A stretch of 64,000 nucleotides of DNA from Yuukianura sp. NJ FZ-2021. Lineage: Eukaryota. Where the stretch lies: contig CM102285.1 of assembly GCA_046563655.1 (NCBI GenBank), positions 14,074,001-14,138,000 on the forward strand. Reading direction: 5' to 3'. Shown here one piece after another: positions 1 to 9,949 of the stretch (positions are counted from its first letter, which is position 1; every line of letters begins with the position of its first letter). The notes under the pieces were generated by a model. That model was given only the letters and a program-made list of their open reading frames with translations, was not told the DNA's origin and searched no databases. The position numbers and the translations under genes were made by a program.

Positions 1-3000
1 TCCGGAAAGTCACATCTTCCAACATCTTCCCGCCAATCTTCCATTCTATCCAGCAGTTCGCTGCCGACCCACAGAAACGCTTCCAGCGACAGACGGCGTT
101 CCAGCCACAGCGCATGGTCATACGAAAACGTTCCTCCGAATTCAGCCGGAAGTTGGCCAGCATCTATTGCCTTCAGTAAACACTCTACACCCAGCAGATT
201 CGTCTGAAACACATTCCAAAAATCAAAATCAATATTTTTAGAAACTCCAACATGAAGAATCTCCACAATTTCAATACATTAGGATTTCATCACCCACAAA
301 ATGAATGAATTCATAAATTCGGCTTTTCCTTATCAAAATCTCAGTTTGAATTGAAAACTGCGCATAATTTCAAAAACGTTTGCAAAACGTTACCTCAAAA
401 TGGTATTTCGTGGCTCCCAGAGAAGTTCTCTGCTTTTGCCAAAAGTTCTCTGGTTTGATGATGTACACAATATGAACCAGTGACGGAAAGTGTTCGTCCA
501 GGACCTTGAGAATCGGTTTGACACTGGACCAAGTACCACCTCGCATGTCCACCACCACACTGAATCCCCGTTCCCTCGCATCCTCTCTGCAAAAACAAAA
601 AGCATTCAATTAGTAATCGTCACATTAAGCTTGTACCACACTTATTTTACACAGATGAAAGATTATCTTTGGAAAGAACATTCAATTCATTCCAGTTTAG
701 TCCAAGTCTAAATCTAAGTCACAGAGGAGGACAACGCAAGGACATGGACACGTCCGATAATACTTGTTGTACTCAAATGACTTGGAATGGACCAAGTTGG
801 ACCATTTATTAGACACATTCCAAAATTTTCAGAAGCCACAAATCGGTTGGGATAAGGTTTAACGAGCATCATTGTAGCCCTACAGTGTATCCAGTTTGCG
901 GCTACAATAGGTGACTACGTTAAGCGGCTACTTGTGTTGCCACTTAAGGTCAGGTTTGTTACGATAGAGCAGCTACAACTGTTGCCACCGATGTGTAGCC
1001 ACACAAGGTCAAAGCTGTGCTGGTTAGATTGTCGTTTATGACGCAATGAACCTTTTTTCTCAAAGTTTTTTGGTCAAAATTGTCGAAAATTTTTCGGGGT
1101 CAAAAAAAATTGTTTGCTCCAAACGTCCCAAAAACGTTTGTAACATGATACAAAGTGAACAAAACTAAAAAAAAATTGTCAAAAATGTTTTACCAATAAA
1201 CTTTCAGGTACACAAAAGTTTCACTGCTCCAGAAGCCAGAAACGAAAATCTGCAGCTACACTGTGTGGCTACAATGACGCTGGCTAAGCCTTACTTCAAC
1301 CTAAAAGTCATAAGCCTCCGAGATTACTGTAAACTACTCGACATAACCAGCCAATAGTCTTTTTGTCATTTACCCCTATGACCTCCTTCCTTTCTTTTAG
1401 TCCTTTTTACTATGCACAGCATCCAGTAATCTCTCCAGATTGATTATTCTCAGAAACTGAATGGAATGTTTAGCAAGACTCAGCAGACGGACTTTATCTA
1501 AAATTCAACTAGCACAAGAAATGAAACATTTTTGAGACGATGCAATGCGGAATGCAAACCACGCCAGTAGTGTCCACCCTCCTAATCATCCCCATCCATA
1601 CACTGCCACCGGATAAACTTTCTTGCTACCGTTAACTGTCCTCAGTCGGCCAGAAGCGGTGGCCACCGTAGGTGGTTAACAACAGCGAGAGCCATGGACC
1701 GGTCTACTGGAACTACAACGTTCAGTTTCAAATGTCAGGAGCAGCAGACACAACGCCTCAAGTGGGACATCTACACAACAAAGAAGACGACCCCATTAGG
1801 TAAGAAAACGATGAAAACGTAAACCTGACGTTACTAAAGGTCAAACGTTTTGAATTACACGATCAGTTACCACGTAATTGTTCATTAGCCACATAAAGAT
1901 TATTAATCGTCCATTACCTTATCCAACCTACACAAAGAAGACAGTTAACCTAACATTAACAACTTCCTGGAACAATATCCAGAATTAATTGCTTCTCCGA
2001 TTTCAGTAATTTGAGAACCAAATTCTTTTAGTTGCAGACTGTGATTCAGACGACAACCAACCGATCGACATGAGCCTCAGCTCCAGGAAACGAGCACTTT
2101 CTCCCGCCAAATCCAGCGCTACTGTCACCGTCACTGACGAAGAAGCCGTTGTTACCCAAAGCATCAGCGCTCCAACTCCAAAGAGAGTCCGACTGTCCAA
2201 TACCAGCAGCTCCACTACCGAAACTCGAAGGAAAAAGCGCAAACCACTTCGGAATTTGGGTGCTGTTGCCTCGTCCAGTACTAATACTGCCAGTACTACT
2301 GCCACTACGACCACCACTGTCAATAAGAAGTCCAGAACTGCCCTTATCATTTCACCTGAGGAGTACTCCGATGAAGGGATCAATAACCACTTTAGAAGAA
2401 GTCTTAGCAAGTACTTAGTCAATAGCAGTCAAAGTGAATCTCCTGAGAGTAAGTTCAGCCAAAGTCAACAATATCACTTGAATCTGGAGTGTAAAAACTA
2501 ATTGGATTTTGTTAATTTGAATGTTTCAGAAGTTGACGAGCATTTTCTACGTTCTCTTGGATGGGAAGTATGGTGGAAACTGTTGAGCCAGGCCAAACCA
2601 CCCCAGAATCTATCTTCTTCCCCATCACCAACAATTCGACCTACAGTTTTAGTTCTAGACCAGAAATAAACTAAGGCCATAAGGCTATCTTCTGCTTTGA
2701 TGTTGAAGATTCAAAGGTAAAATCCAATAAAAAGATATAAGTCATAAAAATATGGATGAGCAGCCACTGGACCTCAACTTCTAAAAGATTCTAAGATGAG
2801 CAGCAATGGATATCAAATTAATGACTTACGGTGGAATGGAAACGAGGTAATGAATGAGTCGCTTGAGATCTTCTGGCTGGACACGGTCTCTTCTGGGAGA
2901 GTTTGGAAAAAGTAGGACTGGACCGCCGCGTTTGTCACGTCCGCCGGGAACGAGTCCGAGATGATCTTGCAGCAGGCCGAGGACATCTTCTCCGCGTGGT

Positions 3001-3008
3001 CCATCCAT
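1..3008 (-). CDS. trio: Trio/Kalirin-family RhoGEF, N-terminal SEC14 (CRAL-TRIO) region; runs off the left edge of the window
   Basis: Exons 3008-2830 (MDGPRGEDVLGLLQDHLGLVPGGRDKRGGPVLLFP), 586-394 (RGFSVVVDMRGGTWSSVKPILKVL...IIKPENFWQKQRTSLG) and 203-1 with GT-AG borders. These match the Trio N-terminal SEC14 domain as I recall it. Confidence 0.88.
845..1301. mobile_element. MITE-like element (family A) with imperfect ~45-bp terminal inverted repeats, in a Trio intron
   Basis: Left end ggttgggataaggtttaacgagcatcattgtagccctacagtgt; reverse complement of right end ggttgaagtaaggcttagccagcgtcattgtagccacacagtgt. Related copies at 57148 and 59606. Confidence 0.65.
1694..2669 (+). CDS. Vgll4: Vestigial-like 4 / Tgi-like protein with two Tondu (TDU) motifs, nested antisense in a Trio intron
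   Basis: Phase-compatible exons 1694-1799, ~2032-2448 and 2530-2669. They encode QPIDMS (PxDLS-like), TDU1 EGINNHFRRSLSKY and TDU2 KVDEHFLRSLGWEVWWKL, with TAA at 2667-2669. Confidence 0.8.
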
Positions 3009-4379
3009 TGTCTAAAATAAACAAAACAAAATCAGTTTGTCATACTTTTGCTTATTAAGCTCAGAAATGTCAACTCTTTGCTCGAGATGTTGACTGTTGA
3101 GGGTATGCCGATCGTTCTGAATTTTATGACGGGCATAAAGTTAGGATTTCGCGGAGCTAGCAAATAACTTAATGGCTAAACGCTTCCTGGATAGAAAGCC
3201 ATAAACATGAAAGTTGTTTATGAAAATGGAAGTAGTAGATAGCAACCAATAGTGACTTTAACAAGCTTCGTCAGTTCCGAGAACTTATTCATTCCATGCA
3301 CTATGGTCATCCTTCCGTTTCTAAGATCCAACGACAGGTTGTAGACTATACGTTTTAGAATCTAGAAGAGGTGCAAGTTTCAGTTAAAAATTAATGTTTT
3401 TGGTTCTTAGAAAACGCATAAGCAAGTTGCCAGTCCGACGACACTATCCACCAAGAAATTCCAAGTCTGAGGAGAATCCAGGACCGGAACTGTCACACGA
3501 ACCTCCAGTCAGCGATCCTCTTGAGATTCTACATTTAATTCATGAACACCAAACAAGAACAACTGCAAATCAAAGTACCTTCGCTTTTAGTCGTCACAAT
3601 GTCGTCAAGGTCCCGATGCTGGAGACAAGTACTACAATGCTGCGTGGAGTAGGCCCTGACGGAATCCAGCGTCGTCAGCCCTACCGAAGTTCTTCTTCCG
3701 GGGAAGAGGTCAATGTCCAAGGTTTTATTTGTATCTTCTTCGTCTGCTACTTATTCATTCTTCTTCTAACGTTCTTGAGACCTACTAAGAAATCAAAAAT
3801 CATCATTCAATAAATTTACTAATCTGGGTCAATTACTTCAGAATTTTATGATGATTACCTTAAAACTCACGCACAATGTGAAACACCTAAAAGCACAAGT
3901 CACTTGCAACGGACCTCAATCAGAGCGAAACGAATCAGCAATTAGGCGAGGAGAAAGTTAAAATTTATCAGTAATCAGTTAAAAATCGATTACTTTTGTC
4001 AATTCACTAGTTAAGTTGAGAGAAAATCCAAATCTGGAATTTAAAACTAAAAGTATACACTGACTGTTACATGCGACGAATGTCAATGTTTATTTTGTAC
4101 AATGGTAAGATAAGATTGATTGTCGTTGTAAAGGCTCAACACTTATACACTTGCGAAGGCGTTGGAGTTTAGTAAATTAGCTGATTAATCGATTACAAAT
4201 TAATCAGATTAGTTAGTTTTAAAATTTTCAAAATGTCACTTTTTAAAAATAAGACGGAAGGGATGTTCCCTTTTTGTTCATCTTCCTTCCTTGAAAAAAG
4301 GAAAAAGAAGGAGATGTCATTTCATCGGAATGTTTTTAACAGAGACACTCACACACCCTACCAAACAATAGGCACCCAC

Positions 4380-4720
4380 TTACTCATACATGGGCAAATA
4401 TCGATTACTTATGTAATAGAAGTAATCGATACAAAGTAATCGAACTAAATAACCCTTGCAAGTACATTCTCAAACATACAATTATTTCCCAACTAATAAA
4501 TGAATATTCAAGCATAATCCGTACCTGAAGAATATTCAAGGTTACGATTCTTCTCGCGATTACTTTTGGACGTAATCGATATAAAGTAACCGAACTAAAC
4601 AATTACCCGTCCAAGTGCAGGATTGATATTCTGAAATATAGAATTATTTCATGAATATTCAGGTACGTATAATCTTAACCTACAGGATATTCAAGGGTAC
4701 GATTATTTTGACGATTACTC
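4380..4720. repeat. Degenerate tandem/inverted repeat built on gattact / gtaatcgat / gaatattcaag units
   Basis: Repeated gtaatcgata(c/t)aaagtaa(t/c)cgaactaaa (about 4422 and 4572) and several gaatattca(a)gg units. Confidence 0.55.
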
Positions 4721-4770
4721 GTTGCTGAAAAATCAAAACTCATCGATTTTTTCAAAGGAAATTAAATGTT

Positions 4771-6806
4771 TTACTGTGTTTTTGGTCTTGCACGAGGTTC
4801 AGGCTCGTCATTAGTAACATTAACATTAATGTCAGTAAGCGATTCTGTTGTTGTCAAATCAGGGAGTGAATCGGATGGTCGCTGCGATTCGATTTCTTCT
4901 GGGTTCAGGTCACTGTCTACAGGTTTGTCACTCTCAGCAATGAACGTGGAGAATCGTACACTTAATTTTGGTTTTAACTTGGCCACGGAAGCTTCCTGTA
5001 CTGGAATTCGTAGGATTCCGGATGGTATGCCTGACGCTGGACAGGAATCGTTGACTGGAGACGACGACTGGGAAGGATCTGTCGGAAATCCGAAATTTTG
5101 TTCGAGGTTTCTAAGTTTTTGCTTCATTTTGTCAATTCTTGATTTTAGTTGATCAATCTTAGACGTTGACGCACACTCCTGGATGTCTGCTGGACTTGGA
5201 CGAGTTCTGGTTGAACTTTTCGGATACTGACCTTGTAGAAGTCCTTGGACAACCGATTCGAGCTGGTCTACTTGCTCTTCCAAGTCGTTTGTTGGCACAT
5301 TCTTGTCAACATTTTCATTACCGGTATCGACTATACTTGAGGAGGCCGCTGCTGAGAGAACGTTGCAGTTAAAGTTCAAGTCTTCTTGGGATATTTCCAA
5401 ATCTTCTGCTTTCTCAAGCATCAGCGCATCAACATGCTTAATTTCCGAATCCATATGAATCGCTGATCCTTGAATGGCCTGCAAAGACCCTCTGATGTCC
5501 AGATCTGTCTCAAGAGATCCTTCAAGCCTTTGATGCAGTTGACACTGTTCAATGTCTTGATTCAAAAGTTCTTCTTCAATTAATCGCTGGATTTCAAATT
5601 CAGCTCCGATGGTAAGCTGAGGACAACTTTTGGATCCGCCTGGAACAGAAGAAGCTTCGGTGATCCCGTCGTCGGATATGTCATCAAGCTCATCTTCACT
5701 GAATTCATCCGAGTCGTAAAGATTTTGACTGTCAAACACTGCACTCTTCGCTTTAGCTGCAGCCAATTGCCTTCTCCATGTCAACGACTTTTCAATGAAA
5801 GAATCGGTTAGCGGATCACTTGATGTTGCTGACGTTGGATCTTGGACTGGTGAACAAGCATCGGCAGCACTTTCGGTCAACTTCAATTTTCCAGTGCTCT
5901 GAGACTTTTTGAAGCTTGGTCCTGAGCCAGAACTTAAAATTCCTTTCATGATTTCGACTGCCAGTCCAGTTCCTACTGGCGCAGCACAAAAGTAGATCTG
6001 TGATAAATCAAATCGATAGTTTTCAAACTTAGTTAGCATTAATGTGATACGTTATGTAGATCAGATTGACATTTTTGTTAGTCTTACTAAACGTAGACGA
6101 CAGTTGGGATGAACCTGGACTCGGATTGTTTCTTTGTACTTGGTACCGTATGCCTTCTGAGTTAGCGATGCCAGGTCAATTGCTACTTCATTCCAGCCGT
6201 TGTCCAGGGTAATTGGAACATGACAGGAAAACGTTTTTACGCGTGAAGTTTTGTAGGCATTGGAGAACAAGAACCGTCTTCTGTTAGAAGTGTCGTCGAT
6301 GATCTGAAAGTTATCCCAGAATGTCACCCATGTTGACGTAAACTTGACGTCGTGACGAACGCCAACGGTCAGGAGCTGACCGTTAGCTGAGTCAATTGAT
6401 AAAGGCGTACCTTACCTGGACGGTAAAAGCTACATTCCTGTTTAAGTTCTTGATGACAAAGACCAGGTAGGGCAGTGTTATACCCAAACTTAGAAATGGC
6501 GGACTGGGCGTAGTGATGTAGGTGGAGTGAAGGTTCCCCATAGCGTACAGATCTAGTGCCATGTTCTTATCCTCGTCAAAAATCCGGCGTATTTCTCCTC
6601 TTCGTTCCTTGAACAGCAAAAAAAAACGTTTAGATTTATTGGAGAAACGTTTAGAGCAAGGATTATGGTTTTAATTTTTAGTTTTTGAAAACCTGTCTCT
6701 CCCAAATCGACAGCGGTGATTCCATTGTTGCATAGAAAATGGAAACGAATCCGATGGCTGGATATCCCCCGAAAATCGTTTCTCTCTCCCCACGTTCCAC
6801 CTCCAT
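4771..6806 (-). CDS. CFAP20/Bug22-family (DUF667) domain protein with a ~400-aa acidic, coiled-coil C-terminal extension
   Basis: Four exons: ATG 6806 ...YPAIGFVSIFYATMESPLSIWERQ | ...GEIRRIFDED...LGITLPYLVFVIKNL | IIDDTSNRRRFLFSN...LDNGWNEVAIDLASLTQKAYGTKYKETIRVQVHPNCRLRL | IYFC... The last exon (5997-4771) stays open for ~408 codons. Confidence 0.8.
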
Positions 6807-7734
6807 TCCACATAAAATTTAGAAAAACACTACGCTCAGTGACTTGCCAAACGTTCTTCAGTTACTTACCTGTGCGAAACCGTTTTGTCAGGAAGTCTAG
6901 AAAATAAAAATATAAACAAAGGAGTTTTAAATCAATTGAATTAAATTTAAATTGGGCATGGCGACAGAATTCGGACTTCCGCGAGTTTTTCCACGGAAAA
7001 TCAAAGCCAACACCCCTATCAAGTGCGAGTACTTGTATACTAATTACTGTTTTGGTTTGTTAATTTAAGTAAGTTAGCTTTAATTAAGGTTAAAATTTAA
7101 ATAAAACCTAAAGTTAAAGTTAAAGTCTAAATTGAAAAGTCAACATTCCAAAAAAAAATTGAAAGCTATTGTTCGTAAATTACCATTTCCAGACTGGGGC
7201 AACGCGAGACGATTGTCTCAAAGCTAAAACTCCTGTTAAAAATTGCGCGAAAATTTTAAACCACACCGCCGAATTTTTTTTTGTAGAAGTCAACAAAAAA
7301 TGAAACTGAAAAATTCGATTTTGTTTTGATTTTTTTGACTCTTGATTGTTTTGTCCAGTTCTCCAGTTCTTCCAGTCAAATCAAAAGTCCCTGTCAAATC
7401 TACAGCCTTATCACTTCGTCTTTGAGGAAGAAGGTAATAAGTCCAAGCCAGTTGAAGAAAGGGAAACAGGAAACAGCAATAACAGTAAAATTTTTGATTT
7501 CGGACTTTGAATTTGAATTGATTTTTTGATAAATCAAAATTTTGATTGGCTCTTTGTTCTCTTTTGTACAGTTTTCACATAAACGGCCGTGCAGGGTCAA
7601 TTGGTTAACTTGATTCAGTCGTACTAGGTAGCTAAGAATACGGTAAGCTACTACACTCAGCATTTAAACGGTTTTATTTATTTGTGTTAAGTTAACTCAA
7701 TTTGTTGTACTTTGCACCTTCAGCTGCGTTCAAA

Positions 7735-9483
7735 ATGGCAAGTGAAACGGAGCTGAAAAAGTACTGGGAGAAACAGCAACTGATCAAAGTCAAAGTACCG
7801 GATTTAAAAGCCTATTTGAAATCAGTCGGACTGCCAATGGCTGGAGAACATTCAAATATTGCCAAAAGAGTTGGGATGTGGATGGATGTCAAATTCTTGG
7901 ATTTATTCGTCACTCAGGAGAACGGAGAAAAGAAGACACCATTTACTCTAAAGCAACCAGAATTACGAAAAATCGTTGCTCAGTTGGGTATGGATCCAAC
8001 AGGCGACAAGGATGAGTTGTACGATCTACTCATTGAGCATTTGAAGAAAAAGAAAGACGGGAAAGGCCCTGGAACATCCTCATCCGCTGGAAGTTCTGCC
8101 TCAGCATCGTCTGAATCCATCGGGGTTACAACGGCTAAGCAAATTCTAGAAATGCAAGATGATCTGGAAGCTGTGCTGAGTGTCTCAGGAATCAACATCA
8201 CTACGGCCTCGTCAGTCGGAAACATGCGAAAAGCTTATCTGAAGCTCTCTCTCCTAATTCACCCGGATAAGTTGCAGTCTGAGTTTCCTGAAGCAACAAA
8301 GGCTTTTCAATGTTTAGTAAACGCCTACGAACGCCTGTCTCAACCGGAATTGTTCTTGGAAGAAGAGAAGGAGACCAAGAAGACCAAAGAAAAGAAGATT
8401 ATGAGGTCAAACGATGGTTGTCATCGCACTGGAATTTTTTGTCCACGGTGTCGCGGCGAGTGGGGACTGCCTGACAGCGGCGTGGAGCCGTTCGAGTACA
8501 ACTTCATGATGATGGGTCTCAAGACTTACAATTGCGCCGGTTGCCTGTTTGAATTTGGCTGTATGACGGCACTCCACAAATGTCCACTGTGTCGCAAACC
8601 ATTTGAGTATCATCCCACCGACTACCACCGTAAAATTTTATGTGGCAATGCCAAATGCAAGACAGAATTTGGATTCTGGGTGTTCACTGTCTCTGAACGG
8701 AAGGAAAAAGAGTACAGACAGGAAATCAGGAAGAAGCAGGAAGAACGATTGAAGAAAAAGGAGCAATTGGCTGACAGATCGAAACGAGCTAAAGCTCGTG
8801 GGACGGATGCTGAAATTGGAGCTAAAGGGAAAGACAAACTTTTTCTGCTGAATCTACTTGATGACTGTCCCAAATGTGGTGAAGAAGTGGACAGTTCATA
8901 TGATGACAGAAAAGAACATTTGATGAATTGCAACGATCAGCGTAAGATGGACGCTTACGCGAAACAATTGAAGCAGCGAGAGGCAGCTGAAGAGAAAAAG
9001 AAGAAACTGCAAGAAGCACAAGAAGAGGCCCAGATTGCTTCGTCGTGGGATTTTCTTGGCGGGAAAACCAGTGACCTTTGGCTCCTCAGTGAAAAACAAC
9101 TGAAGATCATGTGCGAATCTTACCAAATCAGCACTGACAAAGCAAGCAAAGATGAACTGATCGCTGCCATAGTGAGACACAAGAATGCTGTGGATTCTAA
9201 ACGGATGTTGACCCAAGGCGGTGAAACGGGGGAACTCGCTCCTGGATCTTCAAAACGTCAGAAAACGTTGCGGCCGGAAGATTTGCCGAGCAACATGGAG
9301 ACAATGAGTGTGGCTCAACTCAAGTCCGTCGCAGCTTCATTTGGAATTGTGACAACCAAAACTACTAAAGATGGAATCATATCTCAAATTGAACAAGAGT
9401 GCTTTGGAAAAGATGAACCAATTCTACGATTGACTGATGGAAAGGCCAAGGGGAAGACCAATGCCAAGAAAAAGTTGAAGTAA
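7735..9483 (+). CDS. Intronless 582-aa J-domain protein with four SAP/HeH-like motifs, Cys-rich zinc-binding clusters and coiled coils
   Basis: caaaATGg at 7735. J-domain MRKAYLKLSLLIHPDK...ATKAFQCLVNAYERLS with HPD at 8260-8268. Cys motifs CPRC, CAGC, CPLC, CGNAKC and CPKC..H..C. Basic C-terminus KKKLK. AATAAA at 9651. Confidence 0.8.
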   Translation: MASETELKKYWEKQQLIKVKVPDLKAYLKSVGLPMAGEHSNIAKRVGMWMDVKFLDLFVTQENGEKKTPFTLKQPELRKIVAQLGMDPTGDKDELYDLLIEHLKKKKDGKGPGTSSSAGSSASASSESIGVTTAKQILEMQDDLEAVLSVSGINITTASSVGNMRKAYLKLSLLIHPDKLQSEFPEATKAFQCLVNAYERLSQPELFLEEEKETKKTKEKKIMRSNDGCHRTGIFCPRCRGEWGLPDSGVEPFEYNFMMMGLKTYNCAGCLFEFGCMTALHKCPLCRKPFEYHPTDYHRKILCGNAKCKTEFGFWVFTVSERKEKEYRQEIRKKQEERLKKKEQLADRSKRAKARGTDAEIGAKGKDKLFLLNLLDDCPKCGEEVDSSYDDRKEHLMNCNDQRKMDAYAKQLKQREAAEEKKKKLQEAQEEAQIASSWDFLGGKTSDLWLLSEKQLKIMCESYQISTDKASKDELIAAIVRHKNAVDSKRMLTQGGETGELAPGSSKRQKTLRPEDLPSNMETMSVAQLKSVAASFGIVTTKTTKDGIISQIEQECFGKDEPILRLTDGKAKGKTNAKKKLK

Positions 9484-9949
9484 GAAGTTAATTTAGTTGT
9501 CCAGGAAGTCCAACAACCGGTATGTTTTTTTAAGCGATTTCCATTCTTACCGAATACCGATTTTTAGCTTTAACTAGTTTCTTAATTCCTTTCGCAGTAA
9601 GTTTCTCACCCCCATAAGTGTATTTAGATAGTAACAAACAACATTTGTGGAATAAAATTAATTTCAAGTAATCAATTAATCAAAATTAATGAAGCTCTAG
9701 ATTAATTATTGTTGATTAGAATGCGTTTTGGTTGGGGCAAAGAGAGAAAAGGCGGGAAATCCTGATTTGAATCGGAGGAAAGTGAGGAATTTGTGATGAT
9801 AAAATCTGGAACATCTTTTTCATCATTCGATGTGTCAATTTATCGTTGTTGTGCTGTCGTTACCGGTGTATTTATTTACCAGCTCGTTTGGTCTTGGTCA
9901 TTCATCGCAGAACGATAATTGAGAGTTCAATTAGATTCACGACACCGAA

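Noticed and set aside
2003..2422. 139-aa minus-strand ORF with a hydrophobic Val-rich stretch
   Set aside because: It is the antisense shadow of the Thr/Ser-rich Vgll4-like exon and lies in the Trio intron without supporting motifs.
3394..3813. 139-aa plus-strand ORF and overlapping 61-aa minus ORF upstream of Trio
   Set aside because: No recognisable motif. The minus ORF's apparent donor is out of phase with the Trio exon at 3011, so this is probably 5'UTR or intron.
6350..6382. Hairpin aacggtcag-gag-ctgaccgtt in a CFAP20-like intron
   Set aside because: Only a 9-bp stem, with no Helitron CTRR end or second copy seen.
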